In this document: in pieces, positions 42,401 to 50,946 of the stretch
Position numbering within the stretch: position 1 is the stretch's first letter
How the letters are laid out: the number at the start of each line of letters is the position of its first letter
From: Leucoraja erinacea
Taxonomy: Eukaryota
DNA length: 64,000 nt
Direction of reading: 5' to 3'
Assembly: GCF_028641065.1 (NCBI RefSeq)
Contig: NC_073404.1
Coordinates: forward strand, 22,692,001 to 22,756,000
Position numbers and translations under genes: made by a program
The notes under the pieces: generated by a model
Database searches by the model: none
Seen by the model: the letters and a program-made list of their open reading frames with translations, nothing else
Told to the model about the DNA's origin: nothing

Positions 42401-42960
42401 AATTTCCTTGCTGATCAGAAACACACTGAAATGTTTCAACTGAAGGACTGGCATAATGATTGAATAGATGGAAGAACATAAACTTAGCGCACATTTGTGC
42501 AATTATAACGGATGCAACTACTGCAGATAATGACCTTGGCGAAATAAAATCCTCAAATGTGAGTCTCGTAAAAGAAACTTGGAAATAAGGCTTCAAACCA
42601 GTCAATTGTAGATGGTTTGGTTCGTTGTTTTAAACTGCTTGTTAATTTAACGTTCTTTTAGCCGATAACCTGTTGATGGACGGCATTTTATTCTGAACAA
42701 AGAAGCAGCACAGCGGCGCACCTGTCAGTTGACAGAAGGGAAAGGGCCTGCCGACAAACTTTACCTCAGTTTGCGCGCTCCGGCAACGCTCAGCCACAGG
42801 CGGCAAAACAACGGCGGCTGTCAGCCTTTTCGTGCACTGACCTGGTCATGGTTAACGTGGTGATGCCAGCATCGAGAGGAAGGGCGCAGTGTTCGCTTCT
42901 AACCCGGGCTGTCGCCCTCCTGGCACCGGTTGCAAGGCTCAGCATAACTCTGGCCGCCAT
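21420..42960 (-). CDS. NIPSNAP2: NipSnap homolog 2 (GBAS), complement join(42960-42842,39765-39626,39533-39488,36968-36874,36283-36213,34521-34381,33344-33313,27037-26943,23067-22984,21484-21420), 295 aa
   Basis: [61 protein letters not shown] and [11 protein letters not shown]; all junctions GT-AG and in frame (888 nt); neighbours PSPH and MRPS17 as in other vertebrates. Confidence 0.96.
22984..23067 (-). CDS. NIPSNAP2: NIPSNAP2 exon 9
   Basis: [28 protein letters not shown]. Confidence 0.95.
23350..24090 (+). mobile_element. Degenerate CR1 3' fragment interrupted by a Penelope-derived short element (~23765-23885)
   Basis: CR1 ORF2 and 3'UTR-like sequence. Confidence 0.7.
24880..25180 (-). 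mobile_element. tRNA-derived SINE (HE1-like)
   Basis: On the - strand: B-box gttcgatcc, body shared with 43320 and 44070, (ctaaa) tail. Confidence 0.75.
25771..25790. mobile_element. 20-bp CAAAGATACTAGAGC...TTTG element with 8-bp TSD gttcagag
   Basis: TSD at 25763-25770 and 25791-25798; left end matches the family at 53443. Confidence 0.7.
26943..27037 (-). CDS. NIPSNAP2: NIPSNAP2 exon 8
   Basis: [31 protein letters not shown]. Confidence 0.95.
28761..29177 (-). mobile_element. Non-autonomous RTE-type retroelement (5'UTR plus 3' end), 11-bp TSD aattctactat
   Basis: TSD at 28750-28760 and 29178-29188; aag tail; RTE-like 5'UTR. Confidence 0.7.
31110..31510 (+). mobile_element. CR1 3' fragment
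   Basis: ORF 31206-31391 [11 protein letters not shown]...WNKLPEEV. Confidence 0.8.
33313..33344 (-). CDS. NIPSNAP2: NIPSNAP2 exon 7
   Basis: [11 protein letters not shown], 32 nt, ccag/gtgagt flanks. Confidence 0.93.
34381..34521 (-). CDS. NIPSNAP2: NIPSNAP2 exon 6
   Basis: [47 protein letters not shown]. Confidence 0.95.
34633..34860 (+). repeat. 40-bp tandem repeat, ~5.7 diverged units
   Basis: Units start at 34633, 34673, 34713, 34753, 34793 and 34833 (core aggcctggctctgag). Confidence 0.85.
34865..35545 (+). mobile_element. Degenerate CR1 LINE: ORF1 SGNH-esterase fragment joined to an ORF2 fragment
   Basis: [14 protein letters not shown] and HVGTNNI motifs across frameshifts. Confidence 0.75.
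36213..36283 (-). CDS. NIPSNAP2: NIPSNAP2 exon 5
   Basis: [23 protein letters not shown]. Confidence 0.95.
36874..36968 (-). CDS. NIPSNAP2: NIPSNAP2 exon 4
   Basis: [31 protein letters not shown]. Confidence 0.95.
37429..37707 (+). mobile_element. 5'-truncated poly(A)-tailed retroelement (L1/Tx1-like 3'UTR), TSD aaagtttttattt
   Basis: AATAAA followed by an A tail; TSD at 37416-37428 and 37705-37717. Confidence 0.6.
38240..38690 (-). mobile_element. CR1 3' fragment
   Basis: Same family as 9430-9870 and 5740-5960. Confidence 0.8.
39040..39387. mobile_element. Tc1/mariner terminal fragment (same family as 4030-4227)
   Basis: Shares ~200 bp; ends ...acactg|TA. Confidence 0.75.
39488..39533 (-). 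CDS. NIPSNAP2: NIPSNAP2 exon 3
   Basis: [15 protein letters not shown], 46 nt, AG/GT flanks. Confidence 0.93.
39626..39765 (-). CDS. NIPSNAP2: NIPSNAP2 exon 2
   Basis: [46 protein letters not shown]. Confidence 0.95.
42842..42960 (-). CDS. NIPSNAP2: NIPSNAP2 exon 1 ([15 protein letters not shown]..., probable mitochondrial targeting peptide)
   Basis: caagATGGCG start context, donor AG|GTCAGT, phase 2 matches exon 2. Confidence 0.85.
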
Positions 42961-43040
42961 CTTGCTGTGGAGGTGACATTCACCCCCGCAACGGCAGCGT
43001 GTGCGCATGCGCCTCCAGGCGTGTGGGGGCAGGGCGCGGA
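42953..43040 (-). promoter_or_regulatory. NIPSNAP2: NIPSNAP2 CpG promoter with NRF1-type palindrome TGCGCATGCGC (43002-43012) and YY1-type CAAGATGGCGGC over the ATG
   Basis: Direct motif matches within a CpG-rich segment. Confidence 0.7.
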
Positions 43041-43319
43041 AGGGGGTTAGCCGGGAGTAACCCTGACCCAGCGACCTGAGATAAACTGAAGAATGTAGGA
43101 AGGAACTGCAAATGCTGGAGTTTTATTGTCATATGTCTCAGATAGAACAATGAAATTCGTACTTGCTGCAGCACAACAGAATATATAAACATAGTACACT
43201 GTAAACAATATGATAAACAGAAGTTCAGGGCGTGTATATGTATATATACATATTTACACACCCATATATATATATATATATACACATACACACACACACA
43301 CATGAAAACAAACAAGTTG

Positions 43320-43605
43320 AGTTGTTGCCTTATGGTGCCAGGGACCTGGGTTCGATCCCGACTACAGTTGCTTGCTTGTCTATACAGAGTTTGTACGTTT
43401 TCCCTGTGACCTGCATGGGTTTTCCCCTGGATCTCCGGTTTCCTCCCACACTCGTACAGGTTAGTAAGTTAATTGGCTTGGTAAAATTGAAATTGTCCCA
43501 TAGTGTGTGTAGGATAGTGTTAATGCGCGGGGATCGTTGTTTGGCGTACACTCAGTGGACCGAATGGCCTGTTTCTGCGCTGTATCTCTAAAATTAAAAC
43601 TAAAT
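43320..43605 (+). mobile_element. tRNA-derived SINE (HE1-like) with CR1-type tail
   Basis: B-box ggttcgatcc; 3' cctgtttctgcgctgtatctctaaa. Confidence 0.8.
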
Positions 43606-44069
43606 AATAGTGCAAAAAGACAAAATGTTGAAGGTAGCAGGTCAGGCAGCATCTTTGGAGAGAAGGAATGGCTGACATTTTGGGTCAAGACCCTTTTCAA
43701 ACTGGGAGTCAGGTGAGAGGGAGTCTGAGATATGGAAGGGTAAGGTGTAAAAATGACAGATCAATGCAGACATTAATCAAGGAAATGGAGATTGGTTCAA
43801 TGTTGCCTGAGGGGAAGCTGACAACAAGGCATACAAACAGTAAAATTAATCAAGAGGACAGTGAAACTAGTTAGAGAACTAGGGTCGGGGTGGGATGGAG
43901 AGAGAATGAAAGCAAGAGGCCGCTGGGTTGCAATCTGGGAGCACAGGACAAACACTGAAATTGAATCCTTCTCTGCAAGGGAAGGTTTTTGGGTTTGTGT
44001 AAATATGAAATAATTTTTAAAGAGCGTTTTGATTAATTTGGATAAATGTTAAGTTGCTGATATTAGGGC

Positions 44070-44375
44070 TTTAGTTTAGTTTAGTTCAGTGATACAATGA
44101 ACCAGGCCCTTCGGCCCACTGATCAGTGATCCCCACACATTAACACTATCCTACACACACTAGGGACAATTTTACATATACACCAATCCAATTGACCTAC
44201 ATACCTGTTTGTCTTTGGAGTGCAGGAGGAAATTGAAGATCTCGAAGAAAAACCACATGGTCACGGGGAGAACGTACAAACTCTGTACACACAGCACCCG
44301 TAGGTCAGGATCGAACCTGGGACTCTGTGCTGCAAGCGCCAAGGCAACAACTCTACCGCTGCGCCTCCATGGCCG
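44070..44375 (-). mobile_element. tRNA-derived SINE (HE1-like)
   Basis: Reverse-orientation homologue of 43320-43605; (tttag)n tail. Confidence 0.8.
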
Positions 44376-45333
44376 CCCGATTGTTTGATTTATGTGTGTG
44401 TGTATGGAAAAATTACAATGGTAATCAGCTAGATAGTATCAGAAAGCTGCTCCATTTCTTAGTGATTTTTCTATGCCTTTCTTATTCACTAAGAAAGCAA
44501 GCTGAAAATCTTTTGCACTTAACAAAAGTGTGCATGGTCTTAGTAGAATGATGAATGGTGGTGTTCTTTCTTCATTGCAAGAAGGAATTTGTAATTTTTT
44601 AATTGTGATGCAAGACTGCAGAATAAACTGAAAAACCTTATAAATGTGTAAATAGTATTCTGTGGATACTGGAATCAGAAACAAAGAGATGCTGCAAGTA
44701 CTCCACCCGTCAAGCAGCAACCATGGAATGAGAAACCAATTAAAATTGGGGGTCGACAAACTTTCCTCAAAATTGTACGGGTCATAGAACTGAAATGTTA
44801 ACTGTTCTTTCTTTTCAAAGGTGCTGCTTATCTGGCTAAGTTCTTCCAGTACCTGTTTTTGTTTCAAATTGTACCATGGATCTTGTGACCAGAGTGCATC
44901 TCTGAATTTTAACTTTTTAATTTCTCTTCTTCTTTTGAAGATAAGGTTTTTTTTGGAATATGATTCCATGCAATAGCTACTACTATTACCCTGCTTCATG
45001 TCCTAAAATCAATAGCCGTTTCAACTGTGAGAAGCCTTTGTATTTCTCCGATTTACCTTGAAGCAAAGAAAAAAGGTTTTACAAAAATGCTACATGATGG
45101 CAACAACAGAATTTTGTGGAAATAACTATTTCGTAAATTTCAAATGGATACTAATTCTAACGATATTTATTAAACAATATCATGATATAGAACTTAAGGC
45201 CCAAAGATTGAGAAGGCCGATTTTCAAAATAATTACCTTTCTAACTTGACAGTGTTATCGCTGAGTTCAATCGATCCACCTGGAGGAAAAATGCAACCAA
45301 GCCATTTCAATCAATTTCATAACAAAATGCATT

Positions 45334-45474
45334 CTTCTTCTTCTTGCGTATGGCGTGCACGGCCTAAAGTTGTAGGACAACTTGTTCTATTTGATCTTAT
45401 TTGATTGTGCACGCTGGCTTGATTGCATTCGTCGAAAAAAGGCGGACCACGTGAAGGTTGCAATCTTCCATCCC
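45334..45474 (-). mobile_element. 141-bp short retroelement with an HDV-like ribozyme head and (AAG)n tail, 13-bp TSD aacaaaatgcatt
   Basis: TSD at 45321-45333 and 45475-45487; nested double-pseudoknot pairing at 45474-45421. Confidence 0.8.
45421..45474 (-). ncRNA. Minimal HDV-like self-cleaving ribozyme fold (this copy is partly mutated)
   Basis: P1 GGGAUGG/CCGCCUU, P2 GAUUGCA/UGCAAUC, P3 ACC/GGU, L3 UUCACGU, UUCG mini-P4, J4/2 CGAA. Confidence 0.7.
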
Positions 45475-46179
45475 AACAAAATGCATTAATGCCCAAGAAG
45501 AGCACAAACAGGAAAAAATTACTTTCAAAAGTTGTTCATGTTATTACCTATACACAGTAACTCTTCCTTTGTACAATGTAATACCGTGTTAATGAAGCAT
45601 TCTCGAATGGAATGGTTTTTTTCTGGGATTTTAATTATATCCATAACCTTTGAAAGGTGTAGGAAAGAACTGCAGATGTTGGTTTAAAGTGAAGGTAGAC
45701 ACAAAATGCTGGAGTAACTCAGCGGAACAGGCTGCCTGTCCCGCTGAGTTACTCCAGCATTTTGTGTCTACCTCAGAAAGGTACTCCCTATAGACTATGT
45801 GAAAGAGTGAAACACAAGTGGTTGCCAAACATCCGAACACAGATTAAAGCAGAGCCCAATTTCTTTAGCATCCATGTTACTTGCTGCAATGTTGTTACAT
45901 ACAAACTTCTCACAGGCAGCACCACTGTGTCACTCCTTGTCACTCTTATGTTTAGTGTATTGAATGTGAAAATATACAAATAAATGAGGACTTCAGATAT
46001 TGAGAATTATATGCATTTTATTTTATTCTGGTATTAGAATATCCAATTGAAAGAGTGTATACAAGCTGGGAGAAAAAAAAAGTTATCACATCTTAAAACT
46101 ACATTGTCTGATTTATTGAACATAATAACATGAATTTTCATTATAATAACCAGTTCAGATTAACTAATTTTTATTCTGC

Positions 46180-47398
46180 TCAATTTGTCGAGGCTTTATG
46201 TTCAGAATTACTCTGTGAGGCATTGACCTCTAAGTTCTTGAATTGATCATTCAGAGATCCCATATCTGAATCAAAGTCCGTGAGGGATTCGAACATTCTG
46301 CTCCCACAGCAACGCTTTTTAGTTATAGGATCGATAATATTTCCAACTTTGAATACAATTTCAGCCAGTTCATGTTTCACATGTTTGGTTCTTCGTTCAG
46401 GTAAAGCCTTCAGAAGCACAATATCACCCACTGTGCACTGTTCTTCAGCATCATGAGCAAAATAGGTCTTCCTCTTGTTATAAAACTGGAGGGGGGGAAT
46501 GAACAGTTTAAAAAACTTACAATTTAAAAAGAAGTGCACTTAATTTATATTTAACAATATTGAAAAAATTGAAATGAGAATATGCAAAACAATTAAAAAA
46601 TATATTTTTTACAATTAAAACTATGTGTATGATAAAAGGAGTAGAAGTAACGAATAGCCCCATATTAGGGAAATGAAGATTTTAGTGATATGTAGGTTAC
46701 ATAGACATAGACATAGAAATTAGGTGCAGGAGTAGGCCATTCGGCCCTTCGAGCCTGCACCGCCATTCAATATGATCATGACTGATCATCCAACTCAGTA
46801 TCCCGTACCTGCCTTCTCTCCATACCCCCTGATCCCCTTAGCCACATCTAACTCCCTCTTAAATATAGCCAATGAACTGGCCTCAACTACCCTCTGTGGC
46901 AGAGAGTTCCAGAGATTCACCACTCTCTGTGTGAAAAAAGGTTCTTCTCATTTCTGTATATCATGTCTACAGATTTGGATCAATGGTCATAGAACACACA
47001 AACCCAATATCGTTGGAAATATTAACAAGTTAAAGGAACAAAAGTTCTGACCGAACCTATCAAAGGCTTATACACAGATTTAAAAAATACTAGAAATAAA
47101 TTGTGACATTCAAATCCCCAATCACATTATTCACTGGTATTAAGAGTGATTAAGAGTTATGAAAGTTAAAAAAAAAGATTTTGCATACAAATAACAGCTT
47201 TCAAATTGAACAAATGGTATTTTTCTGTCTTTAACCTGCAAAATATTTTACACATTTCAAACCAGACTATTTTACCTTTAACAGATATGAATTCAGGACA
47301 AGCCTAGTTACTCTGACTTTAGCTGTCTTCTGCATTTTTGTTCCAATCACTTTTCCTATAATCCACTTGGCGTGGACAGAGGCTGTTCTTGTAGACAT
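46180..47398 (-). CDS. MRPS17: Mitochondrial ribosomal protein S17, complement join(47398-47276,46485-46180), 142 aa
   Basis: [41 protein letters not shown]|[48 protein letters not shown]; GT-AG intron, phase 0. Confidence 0.96.
46700..46950 (-). mobile_element. Young 5'-truncated CR1 copy in the MRPS17 intron
   Basis: Near-identical to the copies at 10665 and 62518. Confidence 0.88.
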
Positions 47399-50234
47399 CT
47401 TGTAAATTACCTGCATTAAAGTGATTGAGTGTAAGTAACACAAAATAGCTCCAAAATGTCTGAAAATAACTTACATTGATGTTGAAAATTTAACATGATC
47501 AGATAATTCCAAAACCTACCACCTAAACAAAATAAATGTATTCAATGTCATGTGAGCAAAAACAGCCAATTTATATACAGGTTTTACAACAATGGTGCCA
47601 GGATAATGATCAAATTATCATCTTTTCATCAATTATGCAAATCAGTGGGACAATAATTGACCCCACCGCATATAATTGACCCCAAATGAGGGATAAACTA
47701 TTCTGCCACATTAAGTATTATTATTATGTGTATCAAGGGTTCATATTAGTTCAGCAGCATTAAATGTAACCCCCTCCCCAAAAAAGTGGTTACAAATCTT
47801 AAAAATATTATTTTCATGTTCTCTCACAAAAAAATCAGTTTGATACATTTTGCCCAAAACTCCAGTAATGCAACGCAGTCACCTGTTCTACACTGAAAGA
47901 ACTGGTTTGTGCAAAAGTCACAAATGCATCCTGAATTTATTACTTTCTGACATGAGTTTGAGATTGAGCTATGCTTAATGACCAAAGGACATTTGAGGCA
48001 ACTGTCCAGATTAAATAGCTTTTTTCTCTGCTGATAAAGATTTGTATTTTGTCATAGAGTACGTTATTTATAGGATTTATGCATTGTGTTTTATTAACTA
48101 AATAGTTAATTCTTAAATTCACATGGGCCTAGTTTATGGTCATGTGGCCAAATGGAGCAACAACAAAACTTGGAAATAGAACTTAGTAAAATATTGAATT
48201 ACTCATGTTAAAAATTGTAGTCTGTCAAATTAGCAAGAGAACATGTCAATTATTTAAAAATTATTAGCAAAAATTTGATTTGAATAACATTATGGACAAA
48301 TTGTTAGGTTTAGCAAAGCTGGGTTAGAGAGTGGGAGGTTATTTGGCTACCTTGTACAGACATTATCAGTTACTGATCATTCTGCTCTTTTTCTATATGA
48401 TACTGTTGATGATTATACTGTTGATGATTACAATAGATATGCAGGATTGGGTGGTTTACCCACCTTTAAACCGCAGTGCCACCCAAAATGTTTGAAAGTA
48501 TCTGACTGAAACAGTACAGAGTGCAGTTATTTTCCAATAGCTTTCTTGGTTAATTACGATAATACAAACATTTAAGACACCAGTTAATTGCATTGCTCTC
48601 TTAAAAAAAAATTACTTTGAAACAATGCACCCTAGTTCTTTAAATACTGACCAGAGGAAATGGCCTTTCAACATCTGTACATCAAGTCTGAAGGGTCCCA
48701 ACCCAAAACTTTACCTATCCGTGTTCTCCAGAGATGCTGCCGGATCTGCTGAGTTACACCAGCACCTTATGTCCTTTTTTCTATTCATCAACACCTTTCA
48801 CCATCAGATAAATTTGAAATTAAACTAACTATGTTAATTTCTCCATTTTAAATGAAAGTTTGATAGATTTCTGGATATTAAGGGAATCAAGGAATATGAG
48901 AATGGCAAAGGAAAATTAAATTGTGGTAGAATAATTGTTCATGTTTGGGGAGTTCTTTGAAAAAGTAGAACATCGCATGTATAAAAGGGAATTGATGGTT
49001 GTACTACGTTTTGATTTACAAAATTCATTTTGATAAGCTGCCTGAATCTTTGCAATTCTATTATAAAAAGGGCAGTGGAAGCAGTCTATGCTTTTTTAAA
49101 TGATATGCAAGGAGGTGAAAGGCAATCTTGGGTAGACAGTAATGATAAGTGGTTACAATCAAAACAGCCATAGTCTTGTTAATTAATGGCCTTAATTACC
49201 TGCCACTGATTCATTTGTTTGTTTGTAAAACATGACCTTGATGAATAGCTGTGTAACGGCAAAATGACCTTCCCCTGCTCCCAATTACATTCTTCTGATG
49301 CAATGAGCATAGACCATTCTATTCATAAACCAATATTCCCCAAGAAAGATCTTATAGAAGTGTACAAAATCTTGAGAGGAATAGATCGGGTAGAGGCACA
49401 GAGTAGGGGAATTGAGGACCAGAGGACATAGGTTCAAGGTGATGGGGAAAAGATTTAATAGGAATCTGAGGGGTAACTTTTTTCATACAAAGGGTGATGG
49501 GTATATGGAATTAGCTGCCAGATGAGGTAGTTGAGGATGGGACTATCTCTACTCTGTGCATCTACCCGATCTATTCCTCTCCAGATTTTGTACACCTCTA
49601 TAAGATCACTCTTTATCCTCCTGCACTTCAAGGAATAGTCCCAGCTTGCACTACTTCTCCCCTTAGCTCATGCCTTCAAGTCCTGGGAATGTGTGTGTGT
49701 GTGTGTATATGTGTGCACTGAACTTTTTTTTCCTCTCTCGCTTATTGTATTGTTTACAGTGTACTATGTTTGCATATTCTGATGTGCTGCTGCAAATAAG
49801 AATTTAATTGTTCTATCTGGGACACATATCTCAATAAAACACTTCACTTTTGACATCCTCGTAAATAGGTATAGTAAAATGCATACATACATGTTTTCAT
49901 TTATGTAAAAGTATGGGTTAAAAATAATGAGTTTGGCCCTTGCTAATCTCTTCCTTTCAGTGTTGTTTGGGACAGGTCAACCACGGTGTGCACCGCCTTT
50001 CAGCCCCCCCCGCCCCGGTGCTCCTGAAATCCGCGACTCCGAGGGAGCGCTGAGGCAGCGGACCCGTTTCAAGTGCATGCGCGGTAGCCCGTTGCTCCCA
50101 CCTTGGCGGCGGAGCACAAGAAAACTCCCCGGGTCACACGATGGTTCCAGAATGTCGCATTTACCTGGGGATCAAGGCCTCGGGTGCTTCAAATAATCCG
50201 TTGAACCCGGCAACTCGCTCACTCACTCACTCAC

Positions 50235-50430
50235 CCACCCATTCGGCCTCAATCCGCGTGTTCCTACTCGACTTGGATCGAGGAGCGGCGTAACTCGAGC
50301 ATGCGCAGTGGGCGCTCCCGCCTGGTTGCCCCGCAGTGAGGCGTCGGGAACCACCGCCTCTGCTGGCCGTCTGTGAAATTACAGCTCCGGCCCAATAAGC
50401 GAGTTCGGTATTCCGACTGCGCATGCCTAG
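50235..50430 (-). promoter_or_regulatory. MRPS17: Probable MRPS17 promoter and non-coding first exon (donor GG|GTGAGT at 50234), with NRF1-like GCATGCGCA motifs at 50299 and 50418
   Basis: CpG island ~49980-50430 and a strong donor; the coding exon has its own acceptor at 47411. Confidence 0.65.
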
Positions 50431-50487
50431 GTCAAAGGTCATTATGCATAAATAGCCCTGGAGAGCAGTGAACCTTCATTTCTTCTA

Positions 50488-50946
50488 AGAAATCTTCTAA
50501 GATCTGTCAGCAGATCTATATCGGTGAGACCAAGCGGAGGTTGGGCGATCGTTTCGCCGAACACCTCCGCTCGGTCCGCAATAACCTAGCTGACCTCCCG
50601 GTGGCTCAGCACTTCAACTCCCCCTCCCACTCCGCCTCTGACCTCTCTGTCCTGGGTCTCCTCCATGGCCACAGCGAGCAGCACCGGAAATTGGAGGAAA
50701 TATTCCGTTTGGGTAGTCTTATGAACATCGTCTCCCAATTTGTTGTCCTTGCTGTCTTCTTCCTCCCTTGCTGGCTCCCCTGCTGACTCCTCCCACTCTC
50801 CAGCCTTCCGGCCCCCTCCTACAGCCTTGTCCCCCCAAAGATGCCCCACCCCTGATCAGTCTGAAGAAGGGTTTCGGCCCGAAACGTTGCCTCCTTCGCT
50901 CCATAGATGCTGCTGCACCCGCTGAGTTTCTCCAGCTTTTCTGTGT
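50488..50946 (+). mobile_element. Penelope-like element 3' fragment (GIY-YIG endonuclease) plus a pLTR with a hammerhead motif, TSD-like aaccttcatttcttcta
   Basis: IYIGETKRRLGDRFAEHLRSV...VAQHFNSPSH; direct repeat at 50471-50487 and 50947-50963. Confidence 0.85.
50855..50895 (+). ncRNA. Minimal type-I hammerhead ribozyme motif of a Penelope pLTR
   Basis: CUGAAGA-A-GGGU(UUCG)GCCC-GAAACGUU with a palindromic ACGU stem III. Confidence 0.6.

Noticed and set aside
42790-43008. 72-aa ORF as a standalone gene
   Set aside because: It is NIPSNAP2 exon 1 read through its splice donor.
43340-43370. tRNA gene suggested by B-box ggttcgatcc
   Set aside because: It is a SINE head; no cloverleaf, and it continues into a SINE body with a CR1 tail.
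44439-44999. 186-aa ORF between NIPSNAP2 and MRPS17
   Set aside because: AT-rich, includes decayed repeat sequence, and has no recognisable domain or splice support.
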